From an uncultured delta proteobacterium (GTDB lineage Bacteria; Bdellovibrionota; FAC87; UBA2466), in contig CAVZSV010000004.1 of the NCBI GenBank assembly GCA_963778115.1, positions 2,208,001 to 2,272,000 of the forward strand: a stretch of 64,000 nucleotides of DNA. The letters run 5' to 3'. The position numbers were made by a program, and so were the translations under genes. The notes beneath the pieces were generated by a model that worked only from the letters and a program-made list of their open reading frames with translations, was not told the origin of the DNA and made no database searches. Shown here piece after piece: positions 10,930 through 21,800 of this stretch. Position 1 is the first letter of the stretch; the number at the start of each line of letters is the position of its first letter.

Positions 10930-11658
10930 ATGCGTGGATATCGCTGGTTTGTCGTGTTCGCTTTCGTCTTAACCTGTGCCGCCCAAGCGGCGGATACTAT
11001 CACTTTCGGAGTAGGAACTTACACGTCGGACCCTCTTACCGAGCGACAACTTTATGAAGCCAGTCCCATGGCAAGAGGGGCTGCAGTGCTTCAGCAAAAT
11101 AATTTCTTCGGGAAAATTTCCGTTCAACTCAATGCTGACGGAACGGAGACGCTCTGGGCTATCGGTTTTAAGGGCGCGGGTTGTAAAGAGGGCACCGAGC
11201 TCTTCGGATTTCGTCAGGAGTTCACTATCGCCATGGATCCGCTCGCCAATGGTGACGACGAAACGACGCGAAAGATTAAGGTTACTACTACCGGCCTCTT
11301 TACCGCTGTGTATGAAAAGAACATTCTAGCTCAAATGAATTTTGATAATTACATGGGCCATCAATGGGAACGCGGTACTTATTATGATATCTCCGATGTC
11401 GTAAAACCCAACGACATTCCCGCGGTTTATGACCTCATGCAGGTAAAGGACAAGGTTCTCTATTTTGGAGAAAACACACTTTTCTTAGACGGAACGACTC
11501 CGGGTACCCGTCCCACTACCTTGCACCGTGGTCTTGCCTTAAAGCTCGTGGAACCCGCGGTCGAAGCGAATACCGCGTCTACTACCACAAAAACCACAAA
11601 AGCGGCTGAAGAACTCCCGGCACCGGCGAAACAAGAGCTTCCCAAGCCCCGCTTTTAG
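10930..11658 (+). CDS. Hypothetical secreted protein
   Basis: aaggag RBS before the ATG at 10930 and signal peptide MRGYRWFVVFAFVLTCAAQA. Confidence 0.7.
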   Translation: MRGYRWFVVFAFVLTCAAQAADTITFGVGTYTSDPLTERQLYEASPMARGAAVLQQNNFFGKISVQLNADGTETLWAIGFKGAGCKEGTELFGFRQEFTIAMDPLANGDDETTRKIKVTTTGLFTAVYEKNILAQMNFDNYMGHQWERGTYYDISDVVKPNDIPAVYDLMQVKDKVLYFGENTLFLDGTTPGTRPTTLHRGLALKLVEPAVEANTASTTTKTTKAAEELPAPAKQELPKPRF

Positions 11659-11677
11659 TTCGAAGTAAGTCTGGAAA

Positions 11678-13224
11678 TTATCGGTTTGGAATTTTGGGGG
11701 TGGTCTGGTCGATTATACCCAACACGGTCGCGGTATTGATTTTAATCACAGTAGGTTTCGGAAACTCTACCTGGGAGGGGAACAATTCGATGCCCGATAG
11801 AGAAACTTTTCGTCCTGCCTTTAGGGCGGTTTGAATCGCCCCCACGGTTCCCGCGTTGTCTAAAGTCATCTCCCACTTGTCAGCCAGGATCATGCTCGTA
11901 TTGAGCCGCGGGACCACTTCCTTTGAATTTTCCGTGGAGGGCTCCCCATCCGAGACTACCCACCCCTCCGAGGTTTTCCACTTTCCTTCTCGGATGACAG
12001 GATTCTCCAAGATACTTGGCCAGCGGACCTCCACCGCGACAAGATTGCATCTTACTTGGTTAATTCGCGATGTGACCGGTTTTCCATCGATAAGAACCCC
12101 GCTACTCGCGGACAAAGGTTTTTGAAAGATAGTCCAACCGGACTTTCCCCGAAGTGCTGGCTGTAATCCGTCGTATGAGGGGTTGTGCGATCTTAGGAGG
12201 CTAGTGCGAACCATCTCTGGATCAGTGAGATCCTTCTGCAGATCCATTCTTTGCACGACGTCTTCACTGAGCTCAATTTTTGCAAATTCGGGTCTTAAGT
12301 CTGAATAGCTATCATCGAGATCTTGGAGAGCCAATTGAAGAAGTTGAAGCTGTCTGGTGTCTTCACATTTTCGAATCTCCTGAACCAGCTGGAGACGCTT
12401 TCTCTTGTATTCGAGATAGGCTTTGTACTTATTTGTGGGAACTCGATGGCCTGTCTTTTCGTAAAGGAGGGCTATCGCCTTTTCATATTGTTTCAGAAGG
12501 TGATCGGAGAGGGGTGCACCGATTCAATCTTTTCGGCTAAAAAGTGAAGACGTTTTTCAACGCTATTTTCCAAGGGGATAAAGAGCGCGCTGTCGGGTTT
12601 TGAAATATGCGAAAGCTGCTCCAGTTCAGGCGGATAGTTAGCATCGGTTTTCAAATTCTCTACGGCGATGGGAACGGGAAATAATCTCAGATGTCGGTCT
12701 TTGGGTCGCTGTAGATACTCTTCGATGAGGGGTTGAAGTGTTAGAAGAAGGCCGGCATCCACCTTTCCAGCGAGCGGGTTATTTCTGACTTTAGCTAGCA
12801 CTTTAAGCGGCGCCTTTGGGATGTGAACCTTAGGCTCCTTTTCCTCCATCAAATCCCTAATAGGAGAGAGAAGTTCCCGTATTTGACTCTGGACGAGCGC
12901 CAAAGGACCGGGAAGTCCTGCTTGTTGCCCACAAAGATTGAGAAGATTTTGAATAGGAGAAACGTTCGAATCCAACTCCGCTTCATCCGGGCTGTACTGC
13001 GTCGTCACATTTCCCACCCAGCAAGTACAGATGGGATTAATTTTTGAACTATCTACCGAAGTCGTTTGAAGGTCGCTAATGCATTGGGATTGCAAGCCGC
13101 TTATTTGACTCTGCGACCAGAGAGATTGTTTTCCTCCGGAAGCGGCGGAATTACCGGATTGCGAACATGCGGCGACGAGTAGAACAAAGGAGCTGAAAAT
13201 TATGATTTTGCCAAAAAGCCCCAC
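11678..13224 (-). pseudogene. Lipoprotein gene split by a single frameshift near 12505-12525
   Basis: GTG start at 13224 with ggagg RBS and lipobox LVAAC. The frame of the 11678..12334 ORF stays open and protein-like (LSDHLLKQYEKAIALLYEK...) up to ~12523, overlapping the end of the upstream ORF. Confidence 0.7.
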
Positions 13225-13275
13225 AGGCCCTCCACGGAAGCCAGCAACAGGAGGCATCCGAGGTGACGGGAAGGA

Positions 13276-13290
13276 GCAATCTCCATGCCA
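13276..13290 (-). promoter_or_regulatory. Putative sigma54 promoter
   Basis: Minus strand TGGCATGGAGATTGC (GG-N10-GC). Confidence 0.7.
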
Positions 13291-13379
13291 GATTGGCTTG
13301 GTTTTCTAGCTCAGATCATGCGTTTTTGGTACACCAGAAAGTGGGCGAAAAGCCCAGAATTGGCGTTGGTGTCTACCGC

Positions 13380-14978
13380 TTAATCTTGGGGAGTCACCTT
13401 ACAGCTCGTAGGATCTAACTTGAGTTCTTCGACGATGGCCGGTTCCTTTGGCTGAGGAAAGATGACGCGGAAGTTCGGCTCCAGGATCTGCCCTCGGGGA
13501 TTTTTTGAAATATCAGAGGCAAAAGCCTCGGCCCTTCTTTGAAAGAGAATTTTCACCAAATCCTTTACTTTCGACGGATCGGCATAGACTCGCGCGCAAG
13601 CTTCCATTAGGGACTTTGCCGGAGAAGTTAAAACGGCTGCTGATTGCGTAAGTGCCCTGAGCAGCGCTTTGGCTTGAGGCAGATCGCTATTAGCAAGACC
13701 TGCCCGGAACCAAGTTTGCCAATCGGTGGAATTGGATCGGGGGATGAATCTAACAAGAGCACAACGCGAATGAGAGAAAACGGGATTCGTGAAATCTATC
13801 GACAACACTGCGGCTACGAAGTCGGAGGTTATTTCCCCTTGCGCTACCAATTCGGCGATTGCCTCTTGATCGTACCTCGACTTTACCGGAGTAAGCCAGG
13901 GATGGTCAGAATCAATTCGTGGGGGATCCGACATCGGAAATTGACTGCCCAATAGCGTTAGCGAATCCAAATATGCCTTACGTGAAATCGTTACCGGCAG
14001 TGAAGCTAGTCTGGGATCGACAAAAAATCCGGAAGGGATTTCGATGTTAGCCGTTTCATCGTCGATAGGAGTAGCTGAGGATTCCAAGTTAAGTTCCATG
14101 GGACAGAAAAGAGGTCTTAAGCGTTCGGCGGGAGAAAGGTTTGCCTTTCGTCTGGAGTTGACCAGAGGAGAGTGCACGAGAGCTTTGGCGGATGTCGTGA
14201 TGAGATCGGCCAAGCCTTGGGCATCGGACAGCGCCGTGGGAAGACTCTTAGCGGCGTCTTGCGCGGTTAGACTTAACAGCGCTCCCAAATCTGGAGCAAA
14301 TGCCCAGCGACTAAGATCAACGGGACGTGAGGAGGTCCACCAATCGTTGTGAGGAGCGGTAAGTTCTTTCATAATAGGTCCGCCGGACAGATGGCAGCCC
14401 GAGCAGCGGAGGCGATCTCCAAAAATCGGTTCTCCTTCTGCGTTAAGATGAAGCCCTTTGAGATCGGCATAGATGTCGTCGGAATCGCCTCTATAAAACC
14501 ATTGCGACTGGTTGTTTCCGATTCCCCTTAGCTCGTAAAAGTTAAAGGCATCTTTAGAGGAATCCTTGAGTTCGAGCTCGATCATAAGGCTTCCCGCGTC
14601 GTTTGACTGATCGGCAATAAGAGTTCCGCCGTCGGAAGCGGTGAAATGGCCCAAGAAGAAATCCCCCGGCTTTACCTCTCCTAGACTTCCCTTCCCCGTC
14701 ACCCATTCAAAGAGGCTAAAGCTGTCCGACTTGCTATGGAAACCTTGGTTAGAAACCAATGACTTGCGAATGGAATAGCCTTTCTCTTGGAGTAGCGTAT
14801 GGAGCTCGATCACGTTCTTAGGGCAGGTAGATTCACGGGTCAGTAATCGAAACAGAAGGTCTTGGTTATTAGCCGCCGGAGTTCCATCGTTTTTAAAGAC
14901 GGTGCAGTTGGCAAAAAGGTTTGAATTAGCCAGAAGAAAAACCAAAACAAGAAAAGGTATAGAAAGACTTCGCGACAT
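13380..14978 (-). CDS. Secreted protein with a single CxxCH (possible c-type cytochrome)
   Basis: Signal peptide and RCSGCHLSGGPIMKEL motif. Confidence 0.65.
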   Translation of the reverse strand: MSRSLSIPFLVLVFLLANSNLFANCTVFKNDGTPAANNQDLLFRLLTRESTCPKNVIELHTLLQEKGYSIRKSLVSNQGFHSKSDSFSLFEWVTGKGSLGEVKPGDFFLGHFTASDGGTLIADQSNDAGSLMIELELKDSSKDAFNFYELRGIGNNQSQWFYRGDSDDIYADLKGLHLNAEGEPIFGDRLRCSGCHLSGGPIMKELTAPHNDWWTSSRPVDLSRWAFAPDLGALLSLTAQDAAKSLPTALSDAQGLADLITTSAKALVHSPLVNSRRKANLSPAERLRPLFCPMELNLESSATPIDDETANIEIPSGFFVDPRLASLPVTISRKAYLDSLTLLGSQFPMSDPPRIDSDHPWLTPVKSRYDQEAIAELVAQGEITSDFVAAVLSIDFTNPVFSHSRCALVRFIPRSNSTDWQTWFRAGLANSDLPQAKALLRALTQSAAVLTSPAKSLMEACARVYADPSKVKDLVKILFQRRAEAFASDISKNPRGQILEPNFRVIFPQPKEPAIVEELKLDPTSCKVTPQD

Positions 14979-15042
14979 AGTGCTCTTATTCTGCCCTCAA
15001 AGGAGGAGATAAGAGGTATCTATCGATAAGTAAAGGAAGTGG

Positions 15043-15615
15043 TTATTGATTCTTAAGTTGTTGTAGTAACTGCGCTCCTTCGAGCTGTTCCGAAGCGGTG
15101 GCAGGTCGTCCTAAATATTTTTCATAGCCTCGATCGATTAAGGCGTTCTCCGTCGTCCCCGTGCCCCCGTGACTGTTCAAATAGATTCCAGCTTGATCGA
15201 TGATTTGAGGGTTGGAATCCAACACTCCTTGGTATTGGCTCAAGCTGGCAGGGAGTCTTATTCTCGAACCCCCGGAGCCAAGGGGTGTCTGAGTCACATC
15301 CGACGGCGATTCTTGAGGATCTGACGGGGGCTCGGAAACTTCAAAGCCAGAGGACTCTTTGGAGATAGCACTCGCATTGGAATTTGAAGTAGGCCCCGAG
15401 CTGTCGTCCAGAGGCAAATAAGCCTCTACGTCTTTCGGCAATCGTGATTGAGGTTGGCGAGAAGGCAAGGGTCGGACCGGAGTCGCGGGTCTGGTGTCCA
15501 TGTTTTTAGGATCGGGAAAGGTAAGGTCTTCCGTTTCAAGGAGCTGATAGATAGGAAGGATAAGCACGACTAACACCCCAGAGAAAACGAGAAAGTATTT
15601 GGCTTTGCTCTTCAT
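15043..15615 (-). CDS. Hypothetical membrane-anchored protein
   Basis: MKSKAKYFLVFSGVLVVLIL anchor followed by a Ser/Pro-rich region. Confidence 0.55.
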   Translation of the reverse strand: MKSKAKYFLVFSGVLVVLILPIYQLLETEDLTFPDPKNMDTRPATPVRPLPSRQPQSRLPKDVEAYLPLDDSSGPTSNSNASAISKESSGFEVSEPPSDPQESPSDVTQTPLGSGGSRIRLPASLSQYQGVLDSNPQIIDQAGIYLNSHGGTGTTENALIDRGYEKYLGRPATASEQLEGAQLLQQLKNQ

Positions 15616-15780
15616 AGAGACACTTCTCTTATCGGAGAATATCCTGCTCAAATTCAGTTTGGGTGCTAATCGGAACGCGTCGCGGCAGGGGCGAGATAAG
15701 TTCTCACAAGCTATGGAGGATTTAGCTCTCGGTACGAGGATTGCTTTTTGCCCGGAACCAATGGTTAGATTGCAGGCAAT

Positions 15781-16206
15781 ATGTGGAAAAAGAAGTTCAC
15801 TCTCGAGCAAATCAACGAACGTTCCAAGAATACTCTCATGGAGACTCTGGAGATAAAGTTCACCGAAGTTGGCGATGACTTCATTAAAGCGACGATGCCG
15901 GTGAACTCAAAGACGCATCAACCTTATGGGCTTCTCCATGGAGGAGCCTCAGTGGTTTTGGCGGAATCCTTAGGTAGTTTTGCTTCGGTCCTTTCGCTTG
16001 CACCAGACGACGACAGGTGGGCGGTGGGGATTGAGATCAACGCTAATCATTTGAGATCGGTCACCGAAGGGCTGGTCACGGGAACCGTTCGTTCGATTCA
16101 TTTAGGACGCTCCCTCCATGTCTGGGATATTCGTATCACCGATCCCCAGGGTAAACCAGTCTGTGTCAGTAGACTTACCGTTTCCATCGTTCCCAAGCGA
16201 AACTAG
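15781..16206 (+). CDS. Hotdog-fold thioesterase (PaaI/MenI-YdiI family)
   Basis: HQPYGLLHGGASVVLAESLGS and VGIEINANHLRS motifs. Confidence 0.92.
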   Translation: MWKKKFTLEQINERSKNTLMETLEIKFTEVGDDFIKATMPVNSKTHQPYGLLHGGASVVLAESLGSFASVLSLAPDDDRWAVGIEINANHLRSVTEGLVTGTVRSIHLGRSLHVWDIRITDPQGKPVCVSRLTVSIVPKRN

Positions 16207-16220
16207 GAAGGGCTCTTCGG

Positions 16221-16514
16221 CTAGAGTTTTTGAAGTTCGAGTTCTAACTGTCGCAACTGGTTTTGCAGATTAATTTTGGTTTGAGTTGCCGCCAAATATT
16301 GCATTTGAAATTCGCCGTTGCGTTCTCGCCAGCGGCTATTGGCTTGCTCAAAACCCGGAATTTGACTTGAACTCTTAGTCCTATTTGAGGCGATGAGGTT
16401 AATAACGTCGTTAACGGCCTGTGTCTTTCGATTCTTGGCTTGCCTTACGGAGGACTCACAGGGGACTAACAATAGTATGAAAAATAGGGATAGCAAACGA
16501 CCAAAGACACTCAT
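16221..16514 (-). CDS. Small hypothetical secreted protein
   Basis: aaggagg RBS, hydrophobic N-terminus, coiled-coil tail, upstream sigma54 motif. Confidence 0.6.
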   Translation of the reverse strand: MSVFGRLLSLFFILLLVPCESSVRQAKNRKTQAVNDVINLIASNRTKSSSQIPGFEQANSRWRERNGEFQMQYLAATQTKINLQNQLRQLELELQKL

Positions 16515-16550
16515 ATCGCCTCCTTAAAAAATAAGACAGCAGAGGCAAAA

Positions 16551-16565
16551 GCAAGAAGGGTGCCA
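16551..16565 (-). promoter_or_regulatory. Putative sigma54 promoter
   Basis: Minus strand TGGCACCCTTCTTGC, a near-consensus site. Confidence 0.75.
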
Positions 16566-16730
16566 GAGTGGGAGTGCGAGCCTGGGACAGTTTTGGTTAC
16601 CTAAGTCTCAATTTCGGAATATTTTTTCTCAATACTGAGAGTGAGAAGATAGCGTAATTGATCTTATATCCCATTTCCGCTACAGCTAATCGAAATCAAT
16701 GGGCCGAGTGGGAGACAGTGAGGGAGTTAG

Positions 16731-18620
16731 ATGAGTCGTGCGCGAAGAAGTGTTCGAACACCGATTAAGCCGTTTTACTTTTTTATCTTGGTTGCGTCGA
16801 GCGTGCTTTCTTTGCCGACCTTGGCATATGTCCAAATAGAAGTCTCCGCGAATCACTGGGCGCGTATTATCGACGACGGGAAGCGAGTCCACTACTGGGA
16901 CTGTGGATCTAAAGAACTTACGTTAGCCCAGATGGAAGCCCTTTCTCCCGTCGAGATCGTTTCCGGTTGTAATGCGAAAAGCCATTATGCGGTCGATCGT
17001 AATCCCTATCGGTTCTGGACAGCGGCTCTTTACGGCGTTCCGACTCGTTCTTCGAAGCAAATTTCACCTCTCCCCAACGAGTTAGGACGCAGGATCGAAG
17101 AAAACCGATCCCAACGAACCAGCCCACCCCAAATAAGTACCCAGGAGTTGAACCGATGGCTGCACTTAGAAGAAACTCTATTTCGCTACTTAGGAGAGAT
17201 TGAATCCGTCACGTTGAGACAGAGAGAATTTCCATCGCAGGTCTATGCCGCTATTTCCGGGTTTGTTCCCACCTTTTCCAACGGTGAGATGGCGTTGAAG
17301 CTGTTTCCTCTGAAATTGACTCAAGATCTTGAAGGGTGTCCCCAGGACTGGGCTCCCGCGTCTGTCACCTCATTGGCGGAGGGACTGCGGCAGCCGCAAG
17401 ATCAGGAAAGTTTTCTGGGCTGGTTGAAATCCGCGGCAAACCAACAGGGCTTAAAGCAACCACCCGTCTCCTTACTTACCTGGCACAAATGGGTGGAGTT
17501 GAAAAATACGACGGACGGCTTGCCGGCGTGCCTTCGTAAAGACTTCATCGTCGAACTTAATCCTGATGGCGCTTTATTATCCCACTGGCACCACTACCCG
17601 GCATCTAAAGTAACGCTTAACATCCAGCCCGAAGCGATTCCGGGTTTTGGTACTCTTTTTAAAACAATTTCTACTGACAAAGATAAGGTTGCCTATGGAT
17701 TGTGCGTTCGCCGGGAACTTCCCCAGTCTCCTCTGCTTTCTTATCAGATTTCAAGACTGCGGGAGCTGGGTGCACCACTCAATATGTCAAACGCAGAGCT
17801 CTATCGTTTGCTAATGACGGACACCAGGATGGAACACCTGGTAGCTCGCTTGCTGAGAAACGCAGAGGTCGTGGCAGAGACGGGCAAACCCACTCCGATC
17901 GAGGAAGTTCAGGGATGGATCAAGAACACTCTTTTTACGAACTATTCGGATTACTTTGAACTCGAAAGCGGGAGCCGGGATCGACTCGATATTAGCGCTA
18001 AGGCTATTGTAGAATCCGTATCCCAATTGGACAATTGGGTAAAGGTCTGCAACTACACTTCCAAACCTCTCGATGTTGCAATCGCTGTGTACTTGGATGA
18101 GCCCCGCGGGTGGACTTCCGTTGCTTGGGCGGTGACCCCTTCTCAGTATTGCACTCGTGTGAATGTAGGGACGAGAGACACCTCCTATATTTTTTGGAAG
18201 AGCGAGAATAATCTGAGCATTAAATCGTCGCTTGGACTGAAGGCAGATGCGGAGTTTCTTGTGGGGGAAGGAAAGCAAGTGACTCTGACACACGCCAGTG
18301 ACCGTGCCGCGGATAAATCCAAAGGAACTTATCGTCTGGCTTTTACTCGCTTGGATTGGAAAGGGCAGTCTAGCTCCCGAGAATCCCCTCGCACTTTCGA
18401 TGTCTACGAAAATCCTGTGGTGGTAGCGCAAAAATCCGAGCCGAGCTGGTCGCAGTCTCCCTACCAAACTAACGGGGGCTCACCCTCTTACTCTCCTGGG
18501 AGTGGCGGGAGTAACTGGTATGGGCAATCCCCTTCCGCGCGGTACACCGGAAGCGAGACTAATTCCTACTATCCTCTGCGTACCGGAAACTGGTACACGG
18601 GCGCTAATTTTGGAAGATAG
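16731..18620 (+). CDS. Secreted protein with C-terminal DUF1036-like domain
   Basis: Signal peptide and VKVCNYTSKPLDVAIAVY...GWTSVAW...C pattern. Confidence 0.6.
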   Translation: MSRARRSVRTPIKPFYFFILVASSVLSLPTLAYVQIEVSANHWARIIDDGKRVHYWDCGSKELTLAQMEALSPVEIVSGCNAKSHYAVDRNPYRFWTAALYGVPTRSSKQISPLPNELGRRIEENRSQRTSPPQISTQELNRWLHLEETLFRYLGEIESVTLRQREFPSQVYAAISGFVPTFSNGEMALKLFPLKLTQDLEGCPQDWAPASVTSLAEGLRQPQDQESFLGWLKSAANQQGLKQPPVSLLTWHKWVELKNTTDGLPACLRKDFIVELNPDGALLSHWHHYPASKVTLNIQPEAIPGFGTLFKTISTDKDKVAYGLCVRRELPQSPLLSYQISRLRELGAPLNMSNAELYRLLMTDTRMEHLVARLLRNAEVVAETGKPTPIEEVQGWIKNTLFTNYSDYFELESGSRDRLDISAKAIVESVSQLDNWVKVCNYTSKPLDVAIAVYLDEPRGWTSVAWAVTPSQYCTRVNVGTRDTSYIFWKSENNLSIKSSLGLKADAEFLVGEGKQVTLTHASDRAADKSKGTYRLAFTRLDWKGQSSSRESPRTFDVYENPVVVAQKSEPSWSQSPYQTNGGSPSYSPGSGGSNWYGQSPSARYTGSETNSYYPLRTGNWYTGANFGR

Positions 18621-18841
18621 GTAGCTCCTGGGGGAGGGTGTAAGTCATTATAATCAAATTGTTAAATAGGAAGCTCGTCACTTCATTCCCCCCTATTACG
18701 GTATCCCAAGAAATGGGGTCGTAAGAATTACCCTTTTGGTTGATCTCGCATGATGCGACGTGTTAACTCCTAGATATCGAGTCACTCAAATGAGAGCGAT
18801 TTGTGGGCGACCCACCGTCTGCAACTCTAGGAGTCCGGGCT

Positions 18842-21800
18842 ATGGGGCTTTGGAAAATATTTGATCAAATCCCTCGCAAGATTGTCCGGACTGGGACGCG
18901 ATTTGGTTCGACGGCCCTCACCGGACTTTGGATGGGACTTGTCGTCTTTCAATTGCTCGTCCCGCCCGGAATCAGCTTCGCTGCCGATCCCACGCCTGTG
19001 GGTGTTGCAACGGAAGAATCTCAATCAGCCGAACAAGCGCTCGATCAGAGTCGGCCAGTGCAGCTCGTCGGAAACGCCATTGAAGTCATCCGCAACGAAG
19101 GTCCGGATGGCGCTCTCGAACTCTCTGTTGAAGAACGAAATCCTTTTTATACCCTCGATCAGCGTCTGGTGGAGTTACGGCCAGGGCGGTTTGGATCTCG
19201 AGGGGGACCTTGGGATCTCAGTGCCGAAAATTACGAGATACCTAAAATAGGAGTCGCACCCGGCGTGTTAGAGCGATCCTTGACGATAGAGCCTCTTGCC
19301 AATGGAATGCGTCTCTCCTTTAAAGGGGCTCGTTGGGCGCACGACATTCACTTTTTGGATGGAAAGACGTTACGAAGCTGGACCTGCGACAATGAGCATC
19401 TGACCTTGTTCTTTGACGACCTCTCCGTCGGTTTCGTAGATATCGCAACCGTTCGCCAACTTATGTTTAAGCGACCGATCGCGATCCGTATGCTCGGCAG
19501 AATTAGAGTGAAGCCGGGCGTGCCGGTACCTACCCAAGTCAGGCTTATTCGCCGACGGTACGAATCCTTCGATAACTCGGCGGCTGGCAGAGCCGCCAGA
19601 CTCGATCGAAATCCGGAAACCCGCCAGAGGATTATTTCCACTGCCGATGGAGATCTTATCCGACGTCTCGAACACTCCGTCGCACAGACTACCTATATCC
19701 CTCTACACCCCTCCGTAGAGGGAGAGGTGAACGACTATTGGAGCGGTGATGTCGCGTTCGTGTCCGGCGAAACTTCTGAGGATCAGACTATTACCGGAGT
19801 GATTCCGCGATCGATGATAGGTGAGTGCATTGCCGAGGGAGCCACTCAGCTCATGGCTGCTCGAAAAATGATCGACCCGAACAAACTCGTCTCTCTAAGA
19901 GAATATGAGCTCTCGATGGAGGATGAGGCCAATCGGATCAACAGTTTGGCCAACAACCCGCGCTTAGCGGCCAGGATCTATCAAAGCGGCTTTGCGTCGG
20001 CTTTGATGAGAATTCCCGTCGATAATCTCGCCGCCTCGCGAAAGCATGGCAATGCGATGGTGAGGGCGGCCGATCAAAGAGATCATTTCACGCCGCAAGA
20101 ATGGCAGGACGACGGCGCTTACTTCCGCGAAGTCGTTGAAGCCGCGAAAGCGAGCCATGAGCAAGCCCAGGGGATGTCTCGCTTTAGGCGAGAGTTTCTC
20201 TATTCGATGCGCAACAATTGGAACGCCATGAAATATGGCGATGCCGTGGCCATGGTGACCCGAGTGCTCAAGGCGCGTGCGACAAAATATACCGTGGCAG
20301 GCGGGGCCGTGCTCTTTGGTGCCGACCAATATCTGACGGGAGGAGCGCTCTTTAATACGGGAGGGGGAATCGCCCTTGATGTCATGTCGAGTGCAATTCA
20401 CTGGGCAAGCGGTGTCTCGGAAGTCTTTAGCGATCTTCAGTACACAAAGCTTCTCTTCATGTACTCATTTACGGCTCAGATGGCTCTGCCCTTTTTGGTT
20501 TATGGTGTCGGAGCACTGGCCGCTCCCTTTAGCCAGGCAAAAGCGGCAGCACTGGTGGCCACAACCACGATCCGAAGTTACGCCAAAGTTTTTCAGACCT
20601 CTCCTCTAAAGTGGCTTTCGGCTTTGTCAGGACAGATGGCTTCCTTTCGGGCCGCTCAAGATGGCTATCTGATCATCCCTTCGTTTCCTCCGCTTCCTCT
20701 GACAAAGCCCGAACAGTTACCAGCGCCCGCGGAGTCCGATCCTCCGCAGTCTCGAACGCGTCGCTGGTGGCGCAATACCAGAAATAACGTCGCGGCCACG
20801 ATCGCATCAGGCCATGAGAAAAAGGCAAGAGAGGCCCTGGAGGCCAGTGAGGCCATCCAAAAACAAAAACTGATGGAGTCTCTCGCTAATTTTGCGGCGG
20901 TGGCAGCGGTGGCCCAAGAGGTAGAGATGGATCCCGGAGAACTCTATCTACTCGATATCGGTGGAGATCCGACGACTAGTGTCGGAGTAGCGAGGGCTCT
21001 TGAAATCAGGGAGCTGATGCTTCAGGAACTCCAAGATCTGTCCGAGCAGGAGTGGCGGGAGATCATAGAAAGTAACCGCGACGTGTTCGTTCAGCGAGTG
21101 CTTCAGCTAAGAAAGACCGCCGGTGAAGCCGCGGCACAACACGTAAAACAGAGTTGGTGGCAACGTTCGAAAAATTACGTCACTCAAGTGGCAAGACTCA
21201 AAGTCTTAAAAGGCCTAGCCGGCTACAACGAAAAGGTAGACGAAGATCTCGCGGCTTTGGTTCCTGATGAATTTACCTCCGATCTGATCCGGCGGGACTA
21301 TTTTATCGGATACATTATTAGCTTGCTTGCGGCAGGTCTTTGGGGAGACTGGGCACATCTCGACGATCCTACGCATCTGCATGCCCAAGCGGATCGATTC
21401 ACTTGGACAAACCCTGCCGCCCGCGCGGAAAATTTGAACCAAACGGGAATTGCACTAGGTCGGGGAGCCGCGGCGATGTCGCTGCAATATAGTAAGGAAG
21501 CGACGGGCCTTAACGTCGCTCATGTTCCAGCTGAATTCAGGGATTTCCTGGGACGCGAAGTATTCGCCAGGCGTCCGTTCTTCAGCGAGGCTTTGGATGC
21601 GACCCTCACCCTATTTAATATTCGCAAATTGCAGCCGGGGTATGCTATCCGCACCGCCATTAAGAAGAGCCGAATAACACTTTTTCAGTCGACGCTAGCC
21701 ATGGCGATGGCGAGCCGTATTCTCACCGGCGGTCAGGATGTTCGGCAGGCGCTTATCGGCGCTGGCATGTTTATGGCTTGCGCCATGTGGGCATTCGGCT

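Noticed and set aside
14983..14996. GG-N10-GC upstream of the CxxCH gene
   Set aside because: It lacks TTGC and lies only a few bases from the start codon.
18652..18664. IHF-like sites (aatcaaattgtta; similar near 10822)
   Set aside because: The consensus is short and degenerate in AT-rich intergenic DNA, so it cannot be supported from sequence alone.
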